Positions 1 through 7,048 are shown, numbered from the stretch's first letter. The stretch: 13,610 nt of DNA from Promethearchaeota archaeon (GCA_048939465.1 JBHLPL010000048.1:1-13610); one strand, 5' to 3'. A program made the numbers and translations. Notes: a model not told the origin generated them from the letters alone.

Positions 1-107
1 AATATCACTGGGGCTTTTCGAGATTCGGTCTGGATAGGCGGGGCAAGAAAACTTGTCTTATCACTCTCTTCCTTTGTTTCGTTTCTCGCTATATTTGATG
101 GATCCAT
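1..107 (-). CDS. Possible 5' end of a gene running off the left edge (MDPSNIARNETKEESDKTSFLAPPIQTESRKAPVI...)
   Basis: ATG at 107-105 on the minus strand stays open to position 1. TTATAA at 128-133 lies about 21-26 nt upstream. No family recognised. Confidence 0.3.
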   Translation of the reverse strand, partial: MDPSNIARNETKEESDKTSFLAPPIQTESRKAPVI

Positions 108-452
108 GCCAAAAACACAGATTTGAATTATAATCGGTTTGTTGTTTTATTAATACGCATTATTTTAAGAACTAACAAGCTCTATGATATATTCTAATTT
201 GGCTATAATTATAACGATTTGTATGGTCTACTTTTTTTGGTCGAGCTTGACGATTCTTGCACCGACATTAATTGAGGACACATTAGTGGGTTCAGGTAAC
301 CCTGTAGCTATCAAGGGTGTGGGGGCTTTAAATGATAAAAGAGGTGCTTCTTGCCCTTTGTTCTCGATTTCAAGCGTCCTTTTGGTTTTTTATTGACTAC
401 CAACAACGTTGTTTGAACAGATCAGTTTGAGTCTTTGCTGCGGAGGTTTATA

Positions 453-468
453 GAAAAGGCTTTAAAGG
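453..468 (+). promoter_or_regulatory. Putative BRE + TATA box for the arylsulfotransferase gene
   Basis: gaaaagg (453-459) is followed by tttaaa (461-466). The same gctttaaagg 10-mer occurs upstream of satP (2510-2519). Confidence 0.5.
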
Positions 469-604
469 GATTAAATCATTCTTAGTTCGGATTTAAGTGA
501 TGAGGGATGAAGTAATTCTCCCTACATATTTCCTCTTATCTGAATAATTAACTGATTAACTACGTTCCCGTTGACGGAACTAGTTGCGGGGGGTGGGGAT
601 GTGT

Positions 605-2125
605 ATGAATAGAAAATCATTAGTCGGTTTATTGTTTTGTGTAATGTTTCTTGCAAGTTTTGCAGTGGGTTTAGTTCAGGTTCGAAGTATAGAATTTCCA
701 GATGGTTATGCGACAATTCATGATGTTGATAAAGCATTTGACGGTTTGAATATCTTTTTAGAAAAGGGGACCAATAAAGGTGCTTTTGTTGTAGATATGG
801 AAGGTAATCTTATTAGTAGTTCTGCTATTGGTGATGGTCATATAGATTTTATGAACTCAACAACGGTTGTAATCACTACAGGAAGGGCTGGTTATATATG
901 GAATATGATTGACAATAATTTGGTAAACCTATCTTTTGGCAGCCATCATGATCTAGAATATAATCCTTTTACGGACACATTCTTGATTTTGAAAGGTGTA
1001 CGAGAAGGTAGTTGTGAGAATCCTGATGGTATAACGATGCCGATTGAATATGATGACATATTAGAGGTTGACCGAGAAGGTAATGTGGTTTGGGAATGGG
1101 ACATGAGTGAACATATTCCATTTGATTTAATGGAACATAGTTTACGGTGGGAAGTGAAGGGGAAAGGTGAGAACCAAGCGCACGATTGGTCACATGCAAA
1201 TGCTGTTTTTTGGGATATTGATAAGAATATGATATATCTCAATACGCGAAACTTAGACACATTTTATAAAATTGACAAATTGACAGGGGATATTGTCTGG
1301 GCGTGTGGAAGATATAATGGTGACTTTACTTTGTTGGACAAGGACGGAGACGAAGTTGAATCTCTCTGGTATCATAGTCATGGACTCGAAAAGATGAGCG
1401 AGAATCATTTTATACAGTTTGATAATGATATTTATAATTCAAATACAGTATCACCTTGGGACGGAAACTCTTCATTATTAGAAATAGAGGTTGATGAAGA
1501 AAATATGGTTGCTAGAGAGGTTTGGAGATGGATAGCTCCAATCGAGTATTTTGCAGACCGTTTTGGTGATGCTAATAGAATGCCTAATGGTAATACTTTG
1601 GGTTGTTTTGGTGTTCCGCCATCACATTTGACTGAAGTGACATCTGAAGGGGAAATTGTGTGGGAAATGTTGTTAAGTGATTATCAGGTATACAGAGTAG
1701 AACGATTCTTGACAAAACCGTTAGCTGAGATTGTGCCAACGGGTTCATTTACACAAGGAAGTCCGATTGTTTTAACATTTAACGTTTTGGACACAATTAA
1801 GCGTTCATATCTTACTGGTGGTGTCCTTACTATAATTGAAGACGATTTAGTTTTGAAAGAAATGACATTTCAGTTTTCACCATACTGGCAAGAAACAGAG
1901 TTATTTGTGGATATAGGTGAATTACCACTAGGTAGACATAATTTAAAACTTACAGTTGAAAACTGTGATGGAATATCAAATTCTGTTGATTTTACAGTCT
2001 ATGTCTCCTATTCTAAAACAGTGTGGTCAGAACAGGTTTTTGTGACTATGCTGTCATTGGGTGCAATTGTAGGAATCGCATTTGCCACATTCGCAGGATA
2101 CCATCTAACGAAAAAATACAGGTAA
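605..2125 (+). CDS. Arylsulfotransferase (ASST) family protein, secreted, with a C-terminal beta-rich domain and membrane anchor
   Basis: N-terminal hydrophobic signal (MNRKSLVGLLFCVMFLASFAVG). ASST-type motifs SHHDLEY, DWSHANAV, NTRNLD, WYHSHG and GDANRMPNGNTL. C-terminal TM plus basic tail (VFVTMLSLGAIVGIAFATFAGYHLTKKYR). ATG 605 (alternative 599), preceded by ggtgggg, is preferred over TTG 584. Confidence 0.85.
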   Translation: MNRKSLVGLLFCVMFLASFAVGLVQVRSIEFPDGYATIHDVDKAFDGLNIFLEKGTNKGAFVVDMEGNLISSSAIGDGHIDFMNSTTVVITTGRAGYIWNMIDNNLVNLSFGSHHDLEYNPFTDTFLILKGVREGSCENPDGITMPIEYDDILEVDREGNVVWEWDMSEHIPFDLMEHSLRWEVKGKGENQAHDWSHANAVFWDIDKNMIYLNTRNLDTFYKIDKLTGDIVWACGRYNGDFTLLDKDGDEVESLWYHSHGLEKMSENHFIQFDNDIYNSNTVSPWDGNSSLLEIEVDEENMVAREVWRWIAPIEYFADRFGDANRMPNGNTLGCFGVPPSHLTEVTSEGEIVWEMLLSDYQVYRVERFLTKPLAEIVPTGSFTQGSPIVLTFNVLDTIKRSYLTGGVLTIIEDDLVLKEMTFQFSPYWQETELFVDIGELPLGRHNLKLTVENCDGISNSVDFTVYVSYSKTVWSEQVFVTMLSLGAIVGIAFATFAGYHLTKKYR

Positions 2126-2130
2126 ATTAA

Positions 2131-2353
2131 ATACCGGCAAAACATTTATGGTATATAACTGCTGTTGGCACCATGACAGCGGAAGATACCGCTGAATATC
2201 CGGGGGGTCACCGGATCGTTGAGTACTTTGTAAATGGTACATCTGGTCACTCGATGCGAGCATTCGGCGGATTTTACGCGGACTGGTTCCGGTGCTGCCA
2301 TTGGCGTAACCGCACTCACTATTGCGATTTTGATGCGCAAAAGAGGGCGTTAA
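2131..2353 (+). pseudogene. Probable remnant of a surface-protein 3' end (TM anchor plus basic tail), or a 39-aa small membrane peptide (2234-2353)
   Basis: The frame from ATG 2234 reads MVHLVTRCEHSADFTRTGSGAAIGVTALTIAILMRKRGR*. The upstream frame (2131 onward, including the 2173 ORF) reads HLWYITAVGTMTAEDTAEYPGGHRIVEYFVNGTSG. Joining the two needs a frameshift. Confidence 0.4.
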
Positions 2354-2450
2354 TCTGAATCTCACCTTTCGAATAGACTTCCGTATTTCTGTTCCAGGCA
2401 AATTGAGACAAAAAGGTACGCCCTTCTATACGAATTTGTGTTCTTAGAGC

Positions 2451-2470
2451 AGCAAGAATCTTGCTTTTTT
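2451..2470. repeat. Inverted repeat AGCAAGA-A-TCTTGCT followed by a T-tract (operator or terminator)
   Basis: Perfect 7-bp arms at 2451-2457 and 2459-2465, with a T run to 2470. Confidence 0.5.
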
Positions 2471-2503
2471 GTTTGTTCTTGATTCCATGAGTTGTGGCAG
2501 AAT

Positions 2504-2519
2504 GAATAAGCTTTAAAGG
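2504..2519 (+). promoter_or_regulatory. Putative BRE/TATA for satP (leaderless or short-leader transcript)
   Basis: gaataagc then tttaaa (2512-2517). The first T is 29 nt before ATG 2541. Confidence 0.55.
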
Positions 2520-2540
2520 ACAAAAATTCTAGTAGAAGGC

Positions 2541-3155
2541 ATGTCCGAAAAAGCTGACAAGGCTGATGGGGCTGCTGATGAGTCTTCCCGGTTTGGAGCG
2601 GAACCTGCCTCTCTTGGACTTTTTGGCCTCGCAGTCGCAGCACTGGTGTTGGCATCAACAGACCTTGGGTTCGCTTCAGCCACAGCCAAGTCCCTTATGA
2701 TTCCTTGGACAGTTTGTCTTGGGGCTACTGCTCAACTTATAGCGGGGATTATTGATTTCAAGAGAAAGAACGTCTTTGGTGGGACAGTCTTCACCACCTT
2801 CTCACTCTTGTGGTATTCAGTCTCGCTGACATTATTCATCACAATCTTTGGTGGTGCTCCCTTTGACATGACTCATTATGCCTATGGTTTGATTGGATTC
2901 TTGGTGTTTGGCATCATCATGACTGTTGCCTCCACCATGACAAACTTGACTTTTGTCACCATCTTAGTCTTTATCGACCTCGCCTTAGTGACGTTGGTCC
3001 CCCACGTGCTGATCGGTACACCGGCTTTTATCGTTGGCATCTTTCTAGTCTGTGTTTCGGTGTCCTCTTTCTACGGAGCGGCAGCCGTACTCATAAACAC
3101 CATGGCAGGAAGAACAGTACTCCCTTTGGGGAGAAAGCTTTGGAAGCCCCCCTAG
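2541..3155 (+). CDS. satP: Acetate/succinate uptake channel, GPR1/FUN34/YaaH (SatP) family
   Basis: Signature AEPASLGLFGL (family ANPAPLGL.GF), GATAQLIAGIIDFKRKNVFGGTVF, six hydrophobic segments, C-terminal GRTVLPLG. Confidence 0.9.
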   Translation: MSEKADKADGAADESSRFGAEPASLGLFGLAVAALVLASTDLGFASATAKSLMIPWTVCLGATAQLIAGIIDFKRKNVFGGTVFTTFSLLWYSVSLTLFITIFGGAPFDMTHYAYGLIGFLVFGIIMTVASTMTNLTFVTILVFIDLALVTLVPHVLIGTPAFIVGIFLVCVSVSSFYGAAAVLINTMAGRTVLPLGRKLWKPP

Positions 3156-3270
3156 GATCATCTTTCTTTATGGATTCGTCGAAGTTGACCCGTACTTGCT
3201 GTTTCTGCTAATGTATGAACCCAAATTTCAGCAGTAATCTTTTGAGGTAGGTCGCATAGGTTCGTTCCAT

Positions 3271-3576
3271 ATGGAGTTTCATGATAGAATCTATGAGGTT
3301 GTGGTTTCGGGGAAGGTTTATGGATTCTTCTTAGAATGGAAGGAGAACAGGGCAATCTTGCTAGCTATTCCCGATGCCGGGGGACAGGCTGATATGTCTC
3401 CCAAGTATCCGGAGCAACTGGACTGGCTTCTTCCCAAGCTTGAAGGTATTAAGGGTTTGAAGCGGATCTGGACGACAGTATGGAAAATTAGGACAGAGTC
3501 GGCTCTTCGTAAAGTGGAGCAGCTTTTTGAAAAGGAGGGGCGAGTATCTGCAAGACCGAGATCAAGTTTCTATTGA
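3271..3576 (+). CDS. Hypothetical protein, 101 aa (possibly a truncated gene)
   Basis: Protein-like composition, no overlap with confident genes, weak aggt RBS, T-tract at 3599-3605 downstream. No family recognised. Confidence 0.5.
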   Translation: MEFHDRIYEVVVSGKVYGFFLEWKENRAILLAIPDAGGQADMSPKYPEQLDWLLPKLEGIKGLKRIWTTVWKIRTESALRKVEQLFEKEGRVSARPRSSFY

Positions 3577-3643
3577 GTATTGATCAAAACCAAATATGTT
3601 TTTTTGACGAAATCTTCGATGACATAACGGCCATCATTGCTTA

Positions 3644-4192
3644 CTATTTCTCACGCTTTTTCAGCACATTTATGATGCTTTCCACCCACCGAAGTTCAGC
3701 GTTACCTTTGGCAAGGCCGTGGTCAAAGATGATTTCGGCACCAAAAGGTAGCGGCTGCTGTTGCTTCCTAGACTTCTCCAGCCTGGCGATTCTTTCAGTC
3801 AATCTGACATGATAGGCCTCCAGGCATTGGATGGCTTCGTCAGGACGTAAAAGCCCAATATCGGCGGCACCAATATCGATCCGTCGCCGTGGTTGCTCCG
3901 GTTCAGATAAATAGAGTTTTGTGTGATCCCTAAGGACGTTCTTTCCCTTGCTGGTGATTTTGTAGAGTTTTCGGACGGGGAGCTTTCCCGATGTATCACG
4001 TCGACTAGAGATTAGTTTCGCTTTTTCGAGTCGTGTGAGAATTGCATATATTGATGAGAAGCCAATGTCTGTCCAATTGCGCATGCCACGGTATCGGATT
4101 GTTTCATCTAGACCATAACCGTGCGTTTCGCCCTCATTCACCAGACTGAGGATGGCGATCTCGGCAGGTGTAAATTTCTCCTTTATTCTCAT
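3644..4192 (-). CDS. PadR family transcriptional regulator with C-terminal dimerisation domain
   Basis: Winged-HTH motifs ILSLVNEGETHGYGL, SSIYAILTRLEKAKLI and RKLYKITSKGK. Helical C-terminus ending AELRWVESII. Confidence 0.92.
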   Translation of the reverse strand: MRIKEKFTPAEIAILSLVNEGETHGYGLDETIRYRGMRNWTDIGFSSIYAILTRLEKAKLISSRRDTSGKLPVRKLYKITSKGKNVLRDHTKLYLSEPEQPRRRIDIGAADIGLLRPDEAIQCLEAYHVRLTERIARLEKSRKQQQPLPFGAEIIFDHGLAKGNAELRWVESIINVLKKREK

Positions 4193-4208
4193 AAGAGAAT
4201 ATTCTGTT

Positions 4209-4232
4209 GATATAATGCTACTTAAGTTTTTT
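4209..4232 (-). promoter_or_regulatory. Putative BRE/TATA for padR (leaderless)
   Basis: The minus strand reads gAAAAAA-CTTAAGTA, about 27-40 nt upstream of ATG 4192. An alternative ATTATATC lies at 4216-4209. Confidence 0.4.
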
Positions 4233-4312
4233 CATTCGTTAATCTGCGAGGTAATAGCAAGCCGACCATGTAAAAATGTAGTTAAATGAATTCTCTCTAC
4301 TCACCGAAGATT

Positions 4313-4771
4313 TCAACCCAGATACATGTATATGAGACATCCCAAGGATATCCAAAATGCCATTGTCACAATAAATCCCATTTTCCTGTCTATTCTGAAT
4401 GACACACCGATCATATTGAAGGCGGCTACGTAGAAGACAATTATGTAGAAGATATGAAGGGCCAGTATTTCTCGGAATGGAATTCTTAGAATGTAATCCA
4501 ACGTTAATTCTAAAAAGAGATAGAAGAGAATAATCCCAAGAGATATGATTACCGGTTTTTCCGCCTTCTTCAAATACCAGATTAGTACCACTGTATAGGG
4601 AGCTATTAGAAAGATAACAAGAGCCCCAAATCCCCCCCGGAGTGCCATGTATCCAAGTTTACTTGAAAGGAAGATACCACTCACGAAAATGAAGAAGAAA
4701 ACAGAAGCGGCGATGAAGACGATATGCAATACCCTACTCAGTTCGATTTGTTTAGTCTCCACAGTCCCCAT
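4313..4771 (-). CDS. Hypothetical integral membrane protein (4-5 TM)
   Basis: 152-aa ORF with a gagggg RBS and four to five hydrophobic segments. It fills the gap between neighbouring genes without overlap. Confidence 0.8.
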   Translation of the reverse strand: MGTVETKQIELSRVLHIVFIAASVFFFIFVSGIFLSSKLGYMALRGGFGALVIFLIAPYTVVLIWYLKKAEKPVIISLGIILFYLFLELTLDYILRIPFREILALHIFYIIVFYVAAFNMIGVSFRIDRKMGFIVTMAFWISLGCLIYMYLG

Positions 4772-4979
4772 TTTTTCCCCTCAAAATCGCTAATATTGTG
4801 ATATGAATCTTAAAGAAGAGCCCAGTGTTCGTAATCTTTTCAAAGGTCCCCCCTCTTGTTCATTGTCGCAGGCTGGCCGGTTATTTATTGCAGATTAGAG
4901 ACTTTTTTCTGTGGGAAGACCTCATTTTGGTGTATTTGGACCACAGGGTATATTGCCAAGTCACCATTCTCACTTTGGT

Positions 4980-5150
4980 CTATCTTTTCTTTAATGCCAG
5001 GCCGCAACAGCTGAATTCTCCGTGCTCAGAGCACTCACATTCTGCAACAGATTTTCCAACTTCTCTGCATTCTTTCACTACTTGAAGTTCAAGCCCACAT
5101 TCTCCACAGTAGTAAATGTCTCCCTTCTTCATGTCATGGCAACTAACCAT
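4980..5150 (-). CDS. Small Cys-rich desulforedoxin/desulfoferrodoxin-N-like metal-binding protein, 56 aa (not in the ORF track)
   Basis: Hand translation: MVSCHDMKKGDIYYCGECGLELQVVKECREVGKSVAECECSEHGEFSCCGLALKKR*. GAGGTG RBS just upstream of the ATG. YxCxxCG...CCG motif, 8 Cys. Confidence 0.85.
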   Translation of the reverse strand: MVSCHDMKKGDIYYCGECGLELQVVKECREVGKSVAECECSEHGEFSCCGLALKKR

Positions 5151-5277
5151 AGCACCTCATCTCCTTATTTTCTCAGAATCGTGAGGCTTTATGAGTCTAA
5201 GAAAGTATTAAAGGTTTCTAGGCAATCTTAAAAACCAAAGGTCTTCTTCAATATGAATAGGAGAGGTTGAACATATT

Positions 5278-6159
5278 ATGCCAAAAGCAAGTGTAAACAA
5301 CATTGAGATTGAATATGAGACCTTCGGGGACCCGAATTCAAAGCCGCTGTTATTGATAGCGGGTCTGGGAGGTCAAATGCATGCTTGGTCGGATGACATG
5401 TGCGGAAACCTTGCAAGTCTTGGTTTTTTTGTTATTAGATTTGACAATCGGGACGTAGGCCTGTCAACAAAAATGACAGATGCAGGTATCCCGAACTTTG
5501 CGGAGATTAACGCTGCGTATGCACGTGGAGAGAGACCGGAGGTACCCTACACATTGGAGGACATGGCCGGTGATGCAGTTGGACTGTTGGATGCTCTGAA
5601 CATAGATAGGGCGCACATCATTGGTGCATCGATGGGTGGAATGATCGCACAAGTTCTGGCGTATAAACACCCGTCTCGAGTTCTATCTCTTACGATAATC
5701 ATAAGCACGACTGGCAATCCTGAATTGCCGCAAGGGAAACCGGAGATCATGGCGCAGTTCTTTGCACCTGTTCCTTCCGAGCGTCAGGCGTATATTGAAG
5801 AAATGGTCAAACGCGATCGACTTATTCATGGCACTTTTGATTTTGACGAGGCTAAAGGAAGGGAATATAGAGCAAAAGAGTACGATCGCAGCTATTATCC
5901 TGAAGGGGCAATACGACAACTGGCAGCCATGGCTATTCCCGGTAATACCAAGCCCGAACTCTCTGCAATACGTGCGCCCACACTTGTTATCCATGGAAAG
6001 GAGGACCCATTCTACCCTGTGGAAGCTGGAAAAGACATTGCATCAGCGATACCTGGGGCAGAATTACTAGTTCTGGACGGGATGGGGCATAGTCTCCCGA
6101 CCGAAGTTATACCACGAATAATCGATGCTTTAGTGGCAAATACTAATAAGGTAATATAG
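5278..6159 (+). CDS. Alpha/beta fold hydrolase (esterase-like)
   Basis: LLLIAGLG oxyanion region, FDNRDVGLS, nucleophile elbow GASMGG, acid HGKEDP, catalytic His in GMGH. RBS ggagaggt. Confidence 0.95.
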   Translation: MPKASVNNIEIEYETFGDPNSKPLLLIAGLGGQMHAWSDDMCGNLASLGFFVIRFDNRDVGLSTKMTDAGIPNFAEINAAYARGERPEVPYTLEDMAGDAVGLLDALNIDRAHIIGASMGGMIAQVLAYKHPSRVLSLTIIISTTGNPELPQGKPEIMAQFFAPVPSERQAYIEEMVKRDRLIHGTFDFDEAKGREYRAKEYDRSYYPEGAIRQLAAMAIPGNTKPELSAIRAPTLVIHGKEDPFYPVEAGKDIASAIPGAELLVLDGMGHSLPTEVIPRIIDALVANTNKVI

Positions 6160-6369
6160 GTGGGCCATCAAGAGAGATTTGCGCATACTCTCGATTCTTA
6201 TCTCTATTCAGCAGAGAGGATCTCAGGCTGAGGATGTAATGAGAGATAGAACAGTAGTCCTTAGAGGGGAATGGAGGAGAAGGAAGGAGGCGTTGATGCG
6301 AGTCAGAATGAGTTGGAGACTGTACCAAGACTTCAATTCCGTGGAAGCCATAGATTGGGCCGTTCTTCC

Positions 6370-6705
6370 TCAGTCATCTCCTCTGCTCTTAAGAGTATAG
6401 GGCTCAAACAAAAGGATGTATGTATTTACCGAGCTCTTTGGGCAGTGCTCCACGCCTTTTGGTATCACTGCTAATTCTCCTTCACGCAAAACTACATCCG
6501 AATAAGGTTCTCTCAGTTGAATAGTCAATTCCCCTCTTAAGACGTAGAAAAGCTCATCCTCGTTCGTGTGTTTATGCCAGTGATAATCCCCTCTGCACAA
6601 TACCATTCGAACAGCTTGATCGTTGACTCTCGCAACTTCAACGGGATGGTAGGGTTTCTCTCCGACATCTTTCATTTTTTCTTCCAGATTAATCTTAGGA
6701 ATCAT
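6370..6705 (-). CDS. Cupin domain protein
   Basis: Cupin motif 1 HWHKHTNEDELFYVLRGEL and motif 2 GELAVIPKGVEHCP. Confidence 0.92.
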   Translation of the reverse strand: MIPKINLEEKMKDVGEKPYHPVEVARVNDQAVRMVLCRGDYHWHKHTNEDELFYVLRGELTIQLREPYSDVVLREGELAVIPKGVEHCPKSSVNTYILLFEPYTLKSRGDD

Positions 6706-6727
6706 AATTGCTAGTAGTAGTCAGGGC

Positions 6728-6737
6728 TATTTATAAT
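6728..6737 (-). promoter_or_regulatory. TATA box for the cupin gene (leaderless)
   Basis: Minus strand ATTATAAATA, about 23-32 nt upstream of ATG 6705. No RBS before the ATG. Confidence 0.55.
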
Positions 6738-6764
6738 CTAATCTCTTTACCTTTTTTCTATTCT

Positions 6765-6953
6765 TTAAACGTGGGTTACCTCTATGGCTCCGGCTTGACA
6801 GCATCTTATACACTCTTCGCAGCCTTTGCAGTATTTTGGATTAGCTGGATAAGCTACGTTATCGATTAGCTCTAAGACTCCATAAATGCACGCTTTGATG
6901 CAGTCACTGCATCCTGTACATCTTCTTGTGTCGATGGTCACTTTATACCTCAT
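6765..6953 (-). CDS. 2x[4Fe-4S] ferredoxin, 62 aa
   Basis: CTGCSDCIKAC and CKGCEECIRCC motifs. GAGGAGG RBS 9 nt upstream (6969-6963). Confidence 0.93.
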   Translation of the reverse strand: MRYKVTIDTRRCTGCSDCIKACIYGVLELIDNVAYPANPKYCKGCEECIRCCQAGAIEVTHV

Positions 6954-7048
6954 GCGTTTCGGCCTCCTCTTTCTACGGAGTAGCGGTGGTACTCACAAAC
7001 ACTATGGCAGGCAGAACAGTTCTTCCCTTAGGGGAGAAAGACTTCTAA
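6953..7048 (+). pseudogene. Orphan 3' fragment of a satP paralog
   Basis: Translates CVSASSFYGVAVVLTNTMAGRTVLPLGEKDF*, versus CVSVSSFYGAAAVLINTMAGRTVLPLGRKLWKPP* at 3051-3155. Hand count: 66/81 nt and 23/27 aa identical. Confidence 0.9.

Noticed and set aside
124-221. Imperfect repeat aattataa(t)cg(g/a)tttgt at about 126 and 206
   Set aside because: Only two low-complexity AT-rich copies; not an array or iteron set.
184-396. 70-aa ORF with a hydrophobic N-terminus
   Set aside because: No RBS or recognisable motif. AT-rich intergenic DNA readily yields hydrophobic ORFs.
402-413. Perfect 12-bp palindrome AACAACGTTGTT
   Set aside because: Single occurrence with no clear promoter relationship, so it cannot be distinguished from chance.
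2173-2358. 61-aa ORF with a Cys/His-rich end
   Set aside because: The Cys/His-rich part is the alternative frame of the more convincing TM-anchor tail, and no metal-binding spacing is recognisable.
6179-6474. Plus-strand ORFs (73 and 67 aa) and several short inverted repeats such as CTCAG-G-CTGAG between the hydrolase and cupin
   Set aside because: The ORFs overlap the cupin antisense and show no motifs. The hairpins are 5 bp and do not build a recognisable ncRNA.
6931-6952. Apparent extension of satP similarity into the first ferredoxin codons (tcgatggtcactttata versus tcgttggcatctttcta)
   Set aside because: Needs several gaps in under 30 nt. It might be junction microhomology but cannot be supported by eye.
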